Below, one piece after another: positions 51,051-64,000 of a stretch of DNA of 64,000 nucleotides; within the stretch, counting starts at the first letter, position 1; each line of letters begins with the position of its first letter. The DNA is from Felis catus. Taxonomy: Eukaryota. Made by a program: the position numbers and the translations under genes. The notes beneath the pieces are model-generated. The model was not told the origin of the DNA and searched no databases. It saw nothing but the letters and a program-made list of their open reading frames with translations. The stretch covers positions 22,570,001-22,634,000 of the forward strand of contig NC_058369.1 of NCBI RefSeq assembly GCF_018350175.1, in the 5' to 3' direction.

Positions 51051-51769
51051 CACTGTCGAAAAAAGAAAAGAAAAGCCCTTCAAGGACTGTCCGTGGGACC
51101 AAGGCAGAGAATATCAGAGTCTGGTGTGGTGTTTGGTGTTTGGTATGGATTGCTGCTTGACCAAGGTTGGTGGAAGCTGAAGAAAATGTTCCTTTATTGA
51201 GTTGGATTTGTCTTAGTTACAGTGAACCAACTCAGAGATAGTTGTGAAGGACTCACAGGGAGCCCAAACACATCCTACTCTGGGGAAACTGAGCAGAACT
51301 CCAAAGCTTTAGACACAGCAGCCATTTCCATTCCTTGAATGAGAAGCAGAACTCAGGCAGCTTCAACAAGCAGGGGCTGGGTTAGGGGACAAACATGTAA
51401 TCTTCAATGTCTTTTTGTAATGAGAGATCCCATCAGATTAATGATTTTAAAATGAGTATTGTTCTGCCTTCTGGCCATATTTAATGTTCTAACGCCTTTT
51501 TTTTAAAAAACATCATCAACAGCGATATTATCATAATACTACCTCATTTAGTATTTTTGGTTTTATAATCATGCTGAGCCATCCAAACCGTTCAATGGAC
51601 TTCGCAATCTGGTATCCAGGGAGCTCCTTGGAAAGACATGTACTGTTTTTTGTCTGTTTTCACATTGAACTGACCGAGTACACAGAACTAGGTGACACGT
51701 TCCCTGATTGTGGGGTGTCCGTGTGTCTGTGTGTGTCTGTGTGTGTCTGTGTATTTAGCCTGACTCTGG

Positions 51770-52005
51770 CCAGTTTGGCTTTGAAGAGCTAGGTTTGGGT
51801 GGCAGGGCTTTGCGGTTGGGACAAGTTTTGTAATTTCTCTGGGCCTCTGTTTCCTGATACTTGGGGATGGTGATAGATTATGGCGCTGACCTCCATAGGG
51901 CTGTGGTGAAGACGAGGAGGGAATGTATGTAGAACACAGAGCTGGTGGGCAGGCGATGAAGGGCCCCACAGACATTAGCTGCTGCAGTTGCCGATATTAT
52001 TATGC
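51770..52005 (+). mobile_element. MIR SINE remnant
   Basis: ggacaagttttgtaatttctctgggcctctgtttcctgat...gacctccatagggctgtggtgaaga. Confidence 0.7.
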
Positions 52006-53119
52006 AGCTATACCTCATCTGCTGTCTCTTCCCTGAATGTGGAAGTGTAGGGTTCCAGGATGCATTGGCATTGAGGGGGTTTGTTTGGAGAAGATTTGGA
52101 TTTATTTGGGACCTGTCAGCTGTCTTCAAGTGCATTCATGTTCTCCCTGCAAGTTGTCTTTAGAATGTTGAATGCCATCGATAATGACAAAACCTGGTAT
52201 GCAGTGTTTTTTTCCCCCCCTTGTCAGTCAGCAGTGCCAAGTGATTCAAGAGTGGGTGGCCCTTCATCCTCCCACTTCCAGAAAGTTCTTTTAAAGCCTG
52301 CTTGGGGGTGGAGGGGAAGGCTTTTCTTTTTAACATACATGATGTGTTTTGACAAAAATATATTACTGTGGTGAGTTTATGCTTAAACGGGAAATGCTTG
52401 CTGTTACAAACAGTGTTTATTTTTTCTTCTGCAAACAGGGCTTGACACTTGAGTTTTCCCCATGCAACATGTGGGTGAGGAGTTCTGACTGAGGTAGGGC
52501 TAGTGTGATCTGCACATTAATCTTTGATAAAAACATGGAAACCACAGCAATGCCCAAACAGACTCCTGGGGTATTTAAAAACAAGAGACGTAAAGACATG
52601 TGCAGGAGTCAGTCCACAGTGGACACGTGCTTTTGAGTGTTGGAGTCCCAGGTCCCAGCACCGCTGCCACTGTGGGCTCTCTGGCTATGTGGCCATGGGG
52701 AAGATATTACTTTACTGTGCCCTGGTTTCTTCTTATCTAAGATGGGAGAAGGGTATCTACTTCACTGGGATGCTGACAGCTCAGGGTCTGACCTATAGCT
52801 CACGATATACAGGAACTATCACTAAATTCACAACTGAGAAGCAAAGGCCTGATGGTGGGAATATCTCCCAGTGGCCAAAGCGAGAAACGCACACCAGTTT
52901 TCTTTCCTGCCTCTCTTCCACTTCATCTTTCCAACATTTGTCTGGAATATTCCTCCTGGCTTTTTACCACATGGATGGGGCCTTTACCAGTGAAGTCTCG
53001 TGTGGAAGGTCTGCCTCCTGCTCAGCCTCCCTGTCTCAGGTTGTGTCTCCTTTGATCCATTTCCCGCATGATCACCAGGTTGCTCTGCCAGCAAAGCACA
53101 TCTGACCTGGTCACTTACA

Positions 53120-53290
53120 GCCAGTTGTTGTTGAACCTCACAGGACTTCAGAATCATTTAGGAAGTCAACTAATATGCGCATCCTATGGCCCCACACCCC
53201 AGACTTCTAGTTCAGCAAGTCTGAGTTGGGCTGTCCAGCTGTTATCCCAGGTGGTTCTGATGTGCGAGATCTGGGCTGGAACACTGACCC
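53120..53290. mobile_element. MER5A-type hAT MITE
   Basis: tcagaatcatttagg...ggccccacaccccagacttct...cccaggtggttctgatg. Confidence 0.65.
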
Positions 53291-54162
53291 GTGAAGATCA
53301 AGTCCAAGCTCCTTAACGCACTTCCTCAGCCTGGCTTATTTCTGCACATGTGTCTTTGCTCAGCCATCCACTCTGTTCCCTGCCTCTGCTTCCCCTCCCA
53401 TCTGGCTTCTGTGTTTTAGGATTTAACTTTGAGAGAGACTGATACAAGGATGTAATGACAGAGATAATCATTATATTATCTAGTATTCATGGAAGGTTTA
53501 TCCTATGCCTATGGAAGTTTGTATCAGTAGTAAGCCTTTTGGTCCTCATAGCCCTCAGAGCTCAATGCTGTTGAGCTGTCCGCACTTACGTAGATGTAGA
53601 AAGGTGAAGTGTCAGAAGGATGAGTAACTTATTCCAGGGCCTGCCTGTGGCCAGTGAGCGAGGGAGGAGCCCAGGCGGTCCAGGCCTCAGCTGGGTGGGT
53701 GGGCGGAGGCACCTTCTCTTGGGCTTCTGTGGCGCTGGCTCAGATCGTCACAGTGTCACATTGATTGGAGGACACTGGTGGCCTTCAGCGTGTACAGCTT
53801 AGGGATGCCAGACATCTTGCAGGGAGCATGGCAACCCCGTTTATGAAGACATTGTCCCACGCCCTTCATGAATAGCAGACATTCTGCTTGATGTTCGTGC
53901 AGATGATAAACCTGCTCATAATGATCTGAGCCTAATCTAAACACACTTTTTAAGCATTTCACAGTTTTAATAAGCACTGAATTTTCCTGGAGCATGACCA
54001 CTGTAAACCATCAGCAATTATTCAGTGTTTTGGAGGCGTCCCATCACTGAGGGCAATATGAATAGCCATTAAGACATACCTGTGTCCACCTGCATCTGTA
54101 GCTGTGGAATTTTCCGTGATTCTGTGTAGAGGTCCAAGTATCTGACTGTTTTATGTTTTTTA

Positions 54163-54383
54163 AAAAAACTTTTTTTTTTTCAACGTTTATTTATTTTTGG
54201 GACAGTGAGAGACAGAGCATGAATGGGGGAGGGGCAGAGAGAGAGGGAGACACAGAATCGGAAACAGGCTCCAGGCTCCGAGCCATCAGCCCAGAGCCTG
54301 ACGCGGGGCTCGAACTCACGGACCGCAAGATCGTGACCTGGCTGAAGTCGGACGCTTAACCGACTGCGCCACCCAGGCGCCCC
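54163..54383 (-). mobile_element. Young felid Can-SINE (SINEC_Fc-like)
   Basis: Near-consensus; perfect TSD tgttttatgtttttta (54147-54162, 54384-54399). Confidence 0.97.
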
Positions 54384-54596
54384 TGTTTTATGTTTTTTAG
54401 TGTAGTTGTGCCTAAGTGTTTACCTACTGAAATACATAGTACTTTATTATGAACCACTTGCCTTTGATTCTCTTTTATGTGATAGGTCAGGAATATTAGT
54501 GATTTTAAAAAATGTTATATGTTGGTATTATCTGAATTTCATTTCATGGTAGTAGAGGAGGCATCACAAAATGATTGTTTGAAAAGGAGGTCTTTC

Positions 54597-54805
54597 AGAG
54601 TGCCTGGGTGGCTCAGTCGGTTAAGCGTCTGACTCTTGGTTTCGGCTCAGGTCATGATCTCACGGTTCTTGAGTTCCAGCCCCATATCCGCATCTGTGCT
54701 GACAGCCTGGAGCCTGCTTGGGATTCTTCCTCTCTCTCTGCCCCTCCCCTACTTGTGCTCTCTCTGTCTCTCAAAATAAAAAAATAAAAACTTTAATAAA
54801 TAATC
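54597..54805 (+). mobile_element. Can-SINE (older subfamily)
   Basis: tgcctgggtggctcagtcggttaagcgtctgactcttggtttcggctcagg; TSD aggaggtcttt. Confidence 0.93.
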
Positions 54806-57679
54806 AGGAGGTCTTTTGTCTCATCAGATTAAGAATATATAATGTGGCCTCTTAAGGGTAGGGAGGCAGTGAGTTCCCAGGACAGACACAAGGACACTAA
54901 ATGGGTGGATCCTTGTAGGAAAGTTGTTAAAATAAAACTCAAGCCTGGAATGCCTTCACTAGACCTCAGCTTGCCTCCTGCCTACACATCATTGCCCTCC
55001 CAGTTCTCTTTGAGATGTTAATTTGTTGCTATGAAAATTATCTTGTCACTGACAAACGGAATCTGGAAGAATCAGCCCTTCTTATAAAGTGGTTCCTATG
55101 GTATCTGCAGGGCTTTGTCAGTTTGCGAGTTATGAATATTTATGTCTCAGAAAAAAACTCCTCATTTAAATTGCATTTTCAGTAATTTCCCACTTAATTT
55201 CACATAGAAAATAATGACATTTCCAGCCTGTGCCTAGGTGAATGTCCTCAGAGATGGCAAGTTTTGCACATGGGCTCCAGGGACATCGGAATTTACCAAA
55301 TTCCAAACACAGATGAGGTGCTGTTGCCTTGCAATAGAGAATAACACAAGTGCCCGATACATTATCGACGAAAGATAAATGCCAGACGTGGATTATGGTA
55401 AATTAGACCTTTTGCATTATTTATGAGATCCAATGTAAAATGTGTTTCACTTTTCCCCACTAATGTTTATATAAAACCCATTGTGGGACATATTAGTAAA
55501 CAGGTTTAAAATTTATTATACAAAGGACCAAGTTTGAAAAACAATTCTAGCTCAGGTTGTCCTAGTCTCCATTCATGAGCTCATAAGGCAGAAGAGGGGA
55601 TCTGTTAACGGTGTTAGTGAAGTCCTGGAGAGACTGAATGTGGGCCTGGTGGGAAACATGCTCACTGTGGCCCAAGTCCCCTGGCCCCGGTGGTGGTTCC
55701 TTGAGCATCTACAGGATGCTGATGCCATCTGCCGCATGTCCTCATCCTTCCTCAATTCCCAGAAAATACGGTATGCCAGACTCCAGTGTGGATCTACCTT
55801 TGGCATTTTTTCCAGTTCAAAACTTATCAGAAGTTCTTTTCGTTCATTCATTCAGGTACCATCTTCCACCCCCTGGTTGTACATTGATGTCTTGGGGGAA
55901 GTGAGGAGGATGAGCTTGAGGATAAAATTCCTTCCTTGAGCTCTGTGTCAGTTTTTTGTGGGAAGTGGTCATGATACCGTCTTACACTTGTTGAGGATCT
56001 CGCAGTTTCAGCATTGCTTCTATGTGTGAGGGTCTTTGATCCACAGACTGTTGGAAGGAACTGTCACATGAGTGTGTGTGGGCCATCGAGGGAATGGGGC
56101 TGAACAGGAGCATCACTGAGCCCATCCTTTCCGTATTCGTTCCTCCATTCCTTGGTTTCTTTGATGGGCCATGTCTGGAACACCTCCTTTCCCATTTCCT
56201 CACTGTCTCCAACCTGAAGTTAAAAGTGTCTAGCCTTTGGGGTGTTAGACACTCTCTTGAGAACCACTTTCTTTATGAGATGAGAATCTTGGGTTTGGGC
56301 TTTGATTAGTGAAGTGATATTGTGTGTATCTTTGGACACATTCAGGATGAAAGTCAGAGCAGCATGTGTGAAGTTCCAAGGAAAGAGAGACAGGAGAAAC
56401 TAAATTGGGGCCTCTTTCTTATCAGACTTTTCTTTTTTTAACCTAAAAGATCTGAAAGGCTGGTTCTGTTCTTTACCTGTGCATAACAAAGAGGGTGAAT
56501 CACTGTCTTTGTGCTTCTTTGTGTGTCTTTGTCTTTGTAATAGCTGAAAGAGCCCCCATCCTAATAGGCTCCTTGTGGCTCTAGCAGTCGGACCACATGA
56601 GGTCTGATGCCCTGAACCCACTGTTGTCGGAAAGGCAAGACTCTCTTTGCCGGCGGTGTAGCCTTTCCAAGAGCATATTAATGTGTGTTGAACCCTCTTC
56701 ATGTGAACCAAGTAGGGCCTGCTGGCCTGGTGTGAGGCCAGAGCCTCTAGCTTCCTGTGGCCCCGGGTATTTCTGTAAACCAGCTGGAGGCTGCTGGCCA
56801 GGCTTCCTCAATAGAGTATTGATGGGCCAGCCGCTCTGTGGGGCTCTTCTTGCTAATTTATACCATTTGCTCACTTTTTATGCTTCAGTTCCAGTACGTT
56901 TGGACAATGAAATTAAACTGGCCCATTTCTAGCGCATTAAATGGCTTTGTTCTCCTGCTGTGGCACTGAGCCTCATGTGGCATTGTTTAAAAGGAAGGCT
57001 CTCTGCTTGGGAGCACAGTGGAATTCAGCGTTTCATATCTGTCAGTTCAAGGCTGTGGTTTTGCCTTTCGGGCCCAGGTGCTGCCTGGCTCTGGGTTTGC
57101 CTGGTGGCCTCAGGTGCAGCCCAGACTTAGAGAGGCCTCCCTGCAGGTAGACCCTGAGTGCATAGGTCTGGTTGATGCCATTCACCAAAGCCTTTGTTCT
57201 TCCACTGATTTTCCTGTACTAAGTGATAGCTAGGGGCTCCTCAGTGCTTGGTTCCATACATTTGTTGTGGAATAGAAGGCCGTTGGCTTTAATGAAATTT
57301 ATTGCTTTTCTCTCATTCCTATCTCCCTACCTTTTGTTTTCCCCTCTCTTCTCTCTTTTAAGCCTTTCTGTTCCTTCTTTACCTTATCCTTGACCTCCTC
57401 CTCAGGCTAATGATTATATTCCCTATTTTGGTCTACTCTTGAATTTTTCTTGTTTTTTTTTTGTTTTTGTTTTTTTTTTAGATTATAGACATCTTTAAAT
57501 ACACACAGAATCATCCAGGTATAACAGTTATCAACTCTTGGCCAAGTCTGGTTTCATCTGTACCCTAGTGTTCCCCTTCTCTGCCCCCTGTAATATTTTG
57601 AAGCAATTTTCATGTAGAACATCATTTTATGTCTCAGTATTTCAGTGCACATCTCTAAAAGAGGAAGACTTTCTTACTT

Positions 57680-57706
57680 TCTCTCAAAAACGTCTATCTT
57701 ATTTAT

Positions 57707-57757
<51 letters not shown>

Positions 57758-57921
57758 AACAGAGGAGGGGAGAGAGAGAGTGGGGAGGACAGAATCCCAA
57801 GCAGGGTCCATGCTGTCAGCATGGAGCCCGATGTAGGGCTTGATCTCATTAACCGTGAGATCATGACCTGAGCCAAAATCAATACTCGATCACTTAACCA
57901 ACTGAGCCACTCAGGTGCCCC
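57680..57921 (-). mobile_element. Can-SINE with a long (GA)n, inside an old L1M 3' remnant
   Basis: (GA)n at about 57710-57753; head gagccactcaggtgcccc; actttctt on both flanks. Confidence 0.92.
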
Positions 57922-58209
57922 TACTTTCTTTCTTTTTTTGGATGAAAGAATCTTAAAGGAGAACATCAAAGAAGCTTGGCTCTTAAGAGGCTCTTAACTG
58001 TCATTAAAAGCAGCATTTCTCAAAGTGCAGTATCTCAAAGTGCAGTGATTGAGGTGGCATGTAATAGTTAAAAAAATTTAACTATTTAGTTGTTTTCCTG
58101 AATATGCTCTATTTTATGGTACATGATACTGCTATTCCACTTGTGATATTGACATCAATAAAGTGAATCAATCTTAAAATAAAAATATTAGGTAAATACT
58201 AGTAGAGGA

Positions 58210-58420
58210 CAGAGGGTCAGAAAACTATGACCTGAGGACAGAATCTAGCCTGCTGCCTGTTTTTTATAAAGTTTTATCGGAACACAGTCTCTCTTACTGT
58301 TTATATTTTGTTTATGGCTGCTTTCATTCAGTGAAGACAGAGTTGAGTTGTAACAGAAATTGTCCTACAAAGTTGAAAACATTTACTATGTAGCTCTTCA
58401 CAGGAAAATGCTGACCCATG
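58210..58420. mobile_element. MER58-type hAT MITE
   Basis: ctgcctgttttttataaagttttatcggaacacag...aaaacatttactat. Confidence 0.75.
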
Positions 58421-59313
58421 GTATAGGAAGTCCGTGGATGGAGCATATATCATGACCTTGGCACATAAATAGCTGAAGTGTGGGAAATGCCAGTCAGATC
58501 AGATAGCTTGCTTTGTAGCTGATGTAGTTGAGACTCAGGCAGGGGATTTGTTGTGAGTCACAGGATTGGGGATGGGGTGGGAAGTTCATCCTGCACCCCT
58601 ACTCTCTCAGCTCCCATGCCTGGGCTTTTCCCACCATAACATCCTGCCACAGGCTTTGTGCTAACATCTCTAAGCATTTCACATTGGTCTCATGTTGGGC
58701 AGTTCATTATGGAGCAGACATAATTTCTAGTTTTGAGTAATTTAGGACAAAATGCTTTGTATTAAGTCTGTGTTGCTGTAGCCCCTCAAATTATTATACT
58801 GACTAGGAGAAAACTAATTGCAAAGACATAAGGAGAGTATTTGTGAAGTTGAATAATTTACCACCAAATAGAATACACTGAGGGTTTCTGAACATAGAAT
58901 ACTGAGCTGATTTTACTCTGTGATATCAATTTCATCTCTTAGCTTTTGTGGCAGATATCCAGCTGGGAGGAAAGCACCAGGTAAAATAAAATGTAAAAGA
59001 TCTCTAGCATGTACTTGTGATTTTCTCATTCCTGCCATAATTGTTAGAGCAGGCATAATGCTGTAGGGAGAACAGTTCCCGGGTGTTACATTTCACATCA
59101 TTGTGTTACTTAGGGTCCAGTAGCCATGAGATTATATTGCCCCGTAGACATTGCTGATTTTTTCCCATTTTAGGCAAGTGCTTAGGAAAATAGGAATATT
59201 TTCTGGTTGAGATTCCAAGATTTTGAAAATCTTTTTCTTCATTGATAGTTCAAAATTATTATTGTATTGTGGGAGACACAACTTGCTAAAATGATTCTGT
59301 GGTTTACTTAGAA

Positions 59314-59625
59314 CAGCACAGTCTGATATGATAGCCACTGGGCCACCTTTAGCTACAGAGAACTTGAAATATGGCTGGTGTCCATTGAGAAACTGTATAA
59401 ATGTGAAATAAATCTTGGATTTTGAAAAGGTAACGCAACAAAAAGAATGTGATATACCTCATAATTTAAAAGTATTGATTATATATTGATAATATTTGGG
59501 ATGTGTTGGGTTAAACCAGGTATGTTATTGAAAATTAATCACACTTAAAAATTTTTTTTAATATGGCTAATAGAAAATTTAAAATCACACATGTAATTAT
59601 CATATATTTATTTTGGGAAGTGCTG
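59314..59625. mobile_element. MER33-type hAT-Charlie element
   Basis: tagccactgggccac...cttgaaatatggct...tttaatatggctaatagaaaatttaaaatcaca...gtgctg. Confidence 0.8.
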
Positions 59626-59749
59626 AGTATTAAGGTGAGAATGCATAAATTTTGAACAATTCAGGCAATGATGAGGAAGCTTGACTTATTTGATGCTGAA
59701 GAATATTGCTGAAGTATTTGAAACTAACCAAAGGGGTGTATTATTGGCT

Positions 59750-60140
59750 CAAGAATCATAGATTGATAGCACGAAGCATTTGGCTTAGAAACCAACGCTC
59801 ATATTTGTGTTCAGTAAATGTAAAGGTGGCCTGTGATCACTAGGAAAATGTAAGATTATTTAATAAATAGTCTATAGCTGGTTAACTATTTGGTAAAAGA
59901 TTTGAGTTTGAACCTCATGTTATAATTGAACTCCAGATAAGCTCTAGATAGATTAAGGAAGTAAATGTAAGAAATGAAACTATTGAGAGAAGCCAGAACA
60001 TCATCTAGTGAAATGTATATTTGATTTCAGAATAAACGCAGTAGAAGAAATCGTAAAAGGAAAAATGGAGTCGACAACAGAGAAACTGGGTTCCATTCTT
60101 TAAAAGAAATCAGATAGAATTAAAAAGGTGACCGAGTCAG
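59750..60140 (+). mobile_element. Ancient L1M ORF2 remnant
   Basis: gattatttaataaatagtct...aactattt...tagattaaggaagtaaatgtaagaaatgaaactat resembles degenerate ORF2. Confidence 0.55.
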
Positions 60141-60271
60141 GTATAAAAACACAGAACTTGTCTCAGCTTCTCCTGACCCCCTGAAGATACAAGGTTCAGA
60201 AGACCACACTGAATGGACATCAGAACGCTGTGAATTCCAGGCCTTGTTCCTGCCAGTCATCTGGTCATTAG

Positions 60272-60458
60272 TATGGTTGTCAGATTTAACAAATAAAAAT
60301 ATGGTACTCTCAGTTAAATTTGAATTTCGATAAAAAACAATTTTTTGGTATACGCATGTCTCACACAGAATTTGGGACATCGTTTCACTAAAACCTTTTT
60401 GTTGTTTATCTGAAATTCAAATTTAACTAGACATCCTGTGTCTTTTTTGGCAACCCTA
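60272..60458. mobile_element. MER53-type palindromic hAT MITE
   Basis: ggttgtca...tggcaacc termini; perfect 17-bp inverted repeat at 60312-60328 and 60412-60428. Confidence 0.9.
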
Positions 60459-61014
60459 GGCCTGAGACTTTCAACCCCTAGGATGCAGAAGGAGAAAGGA
60501 GGGTCACATGGTTGGGCATGGGGGAGAAAGGACCTGGGGTCCAACTGCCCTGCAGCTAGGCTTTCAACCAATTGTCCTTTTGCACTCTGCACTTTATCTC
60601 TGGCTCCTAGAAAACAGGGCACCCCTGTGTCTTAAATCTGCCCGAGGTTCTGCAGGATCAGCTGGCCCCATCATGCTGCAGCCAGTTAACAGAGTGGAGG
60701 AATCCAGCCCTAATCCCAAGTTACCATGCCATCTTCTAAAATACATGAATGTTGTTTGCTCTAGTCCCCTCCCCATTCCTTATGCTGTGAGTTTATATAC
60801 CCACTTTATTCCTTTAGTGTCTTTTAATGTGGTTTCAGGAAGAGGAGAAAAGTGCAGGTGGTCTGTTAATCAGAACACTTAATCTGAACACATATTTTAA
60901 TTATCCAGCGAGCACATGGATTCACTTCTGTTGAAAAAAATATGTACAAGGTGAGAGTTCTGTTGATTCCTCAGTTCCTAGCAGGCAACTGGAAATGGGA
61001 AGAGAGATACAGAT

Positions 61015-61165
61015 AAGAAGACCAGGTGTCCCAGGACAGTCCCAGTCTATGCCTGATGTCACAGTAGTTATGAATAGTTATCAATTGTAGTTATTAATAG
61101 TATCCCTTCTCTTGCCCCAAAGTTTATTCTCTGAGGAGTCTCTGTTTGGATAGGAAATTATGCCA
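61015..61165. mobile_element. MER94-like hAT-Blackjack remnant
   Basis: cccaggacagtcccagtctatgcctg...tttggata..aaattatg. Confidence 0.6.
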
Positions 61166-61199
61166 TTAAGCCAGGCCTAGGAGAGAGTATATGTTAAGT

Positions 61200-62550
61200 G
61201 CAGAGAATGAGCTCACCAGGTAGAAGGTGGGAAAATTGTTTTCTGGTGAAAAGACTGACCCTAAAGAAATCCAGCAGCTGACACACACACAGAGCTTCTA
61301 GTCAACTTTGGGGGCCCAGTTCTTTATGGATAGACATCCAAGGATAACCAGAGTTAAAGAAAGCCACTGACATGAAAGAGAGAGGACACACAACCAGAAA
61401 AAAAGAAATACTGGAGAAATGCAGAGATGGAAGACAAGAAAACATTTAAAAAAATTATCAAGGATAGAAGAATATATTGAGGATAACAAAGAGTGGGAAG
61501 CTATAAAAGAATATGAAGAAAAAGGAAAAAATACTTGGAAATGAAAAGTGATAGCCAAAATAAAAAATTCAATAGATGGTTTGGAAGATAAAATTAGGAA
61601 CATTGCCTTTAAGTAGACAAAAATGGCAAAGATATAGAAACAGGTAAGAAAAGAAAAGAAAGTCAAGAGACTGATCTAGGTGATATAACATCTGACTAAC
61701 CATAGCCCCACAGTGAAGAGAGGGGAGGGGGCTGCCTGGGTGGCTGTTGGTTGAGCATCTGACTTAGGCTTGGGTCATGATCTCATGGTTCATGGGCCGT
61801 TCAAACCCCACATTGGGCTTGCTGCTGTCAGCACAGAGCACCCCCCCCCCCCACCTCTGCCCCTCCCTGGCTCACACTCTCTCTCGCACAAAAAAAAAAA
61901 AAAAAAAAAAAGAAGGGAAGAAATTATCACAGATATAAAAGAGTTTTCCAGAACTGAAGACAGGAATCTCAAGATGGGAAAAAATCTCACCTAGCATAAT
62001 AGGGGAAAATAATAGTTAGGGAGCTATACGAAGGCATGTTGGAGTGAGGGTTGAAACACCAGGGATAGAAAGACAGTTCTAAAGTTTCCGGGGAAAGAAT
62101 CCAGAATCTGATTGGCATCCAAACTTCTCAACAGTAACAGTGGCAGCTAGTAGATAATCTACCAGAAATATAACTTCCAATCTAGGTTTCTGTGCTCTAA
62201 TAAACTCTTATCAAGAACAAGGGTAGAGTAATAATACTCAGAAATGACTGGAGCATAAGCTTATCCTTTTTCTTCTTTATCAACTGGAAGATGGCAATCT
62301 AGTGGACATTCAATCCATTGTAGGGCCCAGGAAGCTTCAGCATGATGAGCTGGAGACTCCATTTTGGCTGGAGTAGAAAGAATGAGGGAACCAGAGTGGA
62401 GTCTCCAAAAGAAAAAGGAGGTGAGGCTGGTAGATCATGTGATGTGATAGGAGCAAAAGAATCAGCAAATGAAAATATAAGACAGCTATTAACACTAGGA
62501 GAAACAAAGGTCCACGAGAGAGGAAATGTGATAATGGCATATTCCTTGGT
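61200..62550 (+). mobile_element. Ancient L1/HAL1 ORF1-region remnant, interrupted by a SINE
   Basis: A-rich; aaataaaaaattcaatagatggtttggaagataaa and gattggcatc.aaacttctcaacag motifs; boundaries approximate. Confidence 0.6.
61728..61910 (+). mobile_element. Can-SINE (diverged) with A-tail
   Basis: gcctgggtggct...gtcatgatctcatggttcatg...poly(A) of about 23 nt. Confidence 0.88.
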
Positions 62551-62574
62551 TTAGCAGTGAATAGTTGTTCATGG

Positions 62575-62830
62575 TCAGTGTTTGCAAGGAGTGACTTGGG
62601 GACCTAGGCTCCTCTCATCTGGTGGCTCCACTGCTTCCTACTGGAACCCTCAGCAGGACTCACTCTATAGGCCAGCTGTGGACAAACAGGGCTAGACACA
62701 GGGTAGAAGAGTATGTTTTCGGGGCCAGGCCAGAACATGATGTATATCACTTGTGCTTCCATTCAGTGGCCCAGAATCTGGTCACACGGCACTGACTTCG
62801 CCGCAGAAGAGGCTGGGAAATGTAGTTCTC
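62575..62830 (-). mobile_element. MaLR LTR fragment (MLT1K/L-like)
   Basis: tatcacttgtgcttccattcagtggcccagaatctggtcacacggc...gaggctgggaaatgtagt. Confidence 0.65.
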
Positions 62831-62894
62831 TTGATTTTGTAGGAAGAACAGGTTTAACTAAGCCTCTAGGCGCTGTCTGCCATTGAGAGCTGTT

Positions 62895-63120
62895 ATGTGC
62901 TGAGCTCTCACTATAACACTTTAACGATGTATTAAACCATGTACATGCACTATCTCACTAATCCTGGGAGATGTGTTCTAAGATCTCTCTTCCTCACCAG
63001 GAAAGTGAAGTTCAGAAGCATTGCCATTTGCCAAAGTCACATACCCAGCAAGTGAGAGAGCAGGGCTTGCTCATCATCTGGCAGTCCTCTGATCAGTCCT
63101 CTCCTTGCATTTTAATCATT
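62895..63120 (-). mobile_element. MIR SINE remnant
   Basis: gaggaaagtgaagttcaga...ttgccaaagtcacatacccagcaagtg. Confidence 0.6.
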
Positions 63121-64000
63121 TATTTAAAAAGAAACAGCACCGTGAACAAATTTAGGCCGTGTTTAAAAATTTCTTTTGGATGAATTCTTACATTCGTTTC
63201 CATACTGTGTCTGAAGCTTGGAACAATGCATTTCTCTCCCGTGCACAAACCCACTGCCAGCCTTTCTGGATGAATGGAAGTTGGTATAAGATTCCTGGTG
63301 GCAGTCTTCCAGGCCAGCAGAGAGGAGAAACTTGCATTTGTCTGAGTTACCTCAGGAATGTCAGGGACGAGGCTCTGCACGTTGCACCGTATGGGGAGTG
63401 GGCCATGGAGCGTGGTCACTAGAGAGCGAGGGAAAGTGCTGATGGCATGAAGGGAAAGTGACAGATCTCCCCTCTGTAGCCTCGTCATGAGAGCTGTGAG
63501 ATGGAGCCCCCTGACAGAAAGCATTTCCACAAGATTACTTTGGATTAACTTTCCTGGGTTACAGCTGTACCCGTGACACTTACCTAGTATCCAGAAAAGT
63601 GATCTATAGTCCAGCTGGCTGAGTGACTGCCTTAGTATGAATCCTGCTTCTCGTGTCCCCTGTCCCTCCAGCCCAGTGATTCACAGCCCCTTTTGAAGTT
63701 GGGGTAGCTCAGTGTTATTGACTTGATTTGGTGATGCATTTCCTCTACTTTTTTTCTAAAAAAGTCTGAGTGCTGACTGTGTTCTGGAACTTCTTTAGTT
63801 GGTTGGTCTTGTTGACCAACTGCCTTTCAAGGTGTTGGTCTGCCTCAAGGGTCCTCCGGGGAACTCTTGCTCCCCGACAAGCTTACTTAAATGGCTCAGG
63901 AAGGAAGGGTCAGCTTTGTTGGTCCCTGAATGGCCCCCACCTGGCCCTGTTAGCCTGCAGTGCCGACCGGGAACTTGGGTGGCCCCTCCCCCTCCCCCCA

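Noticed and set aside
52164..52196. 33-nt phase 2-2 micro-exon-like segment (MLNAIDNDKT)
   Set aside because: Splicing from the 48143-48283 candidate would create TGA; such AG/GT pairs are common by chance
52524..53105. Longest ORF in the track (193 aa); also 20-508 and 11325-11864
   Set aside because: No recognisable domain or exon structure; two overlap MIR, L2 or low-complexity DNA; lengths are plausible by chance in 64 kb
58018..58047. 15-bp tandem duplication (also 12 bp at 17867-17890)
   Set aside because: Ordinary short slippage duplications
1..64000. CRISPR arrays, operons, defence systems or any other novel system
   Set aside because: Mammalian repeat-rich DNA with no regularly spaced repeats and no intact long genes; all dispersed similarity is explained by known transposons

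Overview
Non-coding, repeat-rich mammalian DNA from a carnivore, most likely a felid: it carries about 15 tRNA-derived Can-SINEs, including four young SINEC_Fc-type copies, plus carnivore-type L1 3' ends. It also holds many ancient mammalian repeats (MIR, L2, MLT1/LTR16, hAT and mariner MITEs) and two ERV1-type solo LTRs. Most LTRs lie on the minus strand, which suggests a large intron of a + strand gene that I cannot name. No multi-exon gene, RNA gene, CRISPR array or prokaryotic feature is visible, and the ORF track is essentially noise. The best non-repeat signals are two unverified + strand exon candidates (35424-35471 and 48143-48283) and several repeat-poor blocks rich in homeodomain and RFX motifs. 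The clearest structural oddities are a 5'-inverted (twin-primed) L1 nested in an LTR and a very young antisense SINE with a T39 tail. I found no support for a previously undescribed biological system. Repeat family names come from my recall of consensus sequences and need RepeatMasker/Dfam confirmation.
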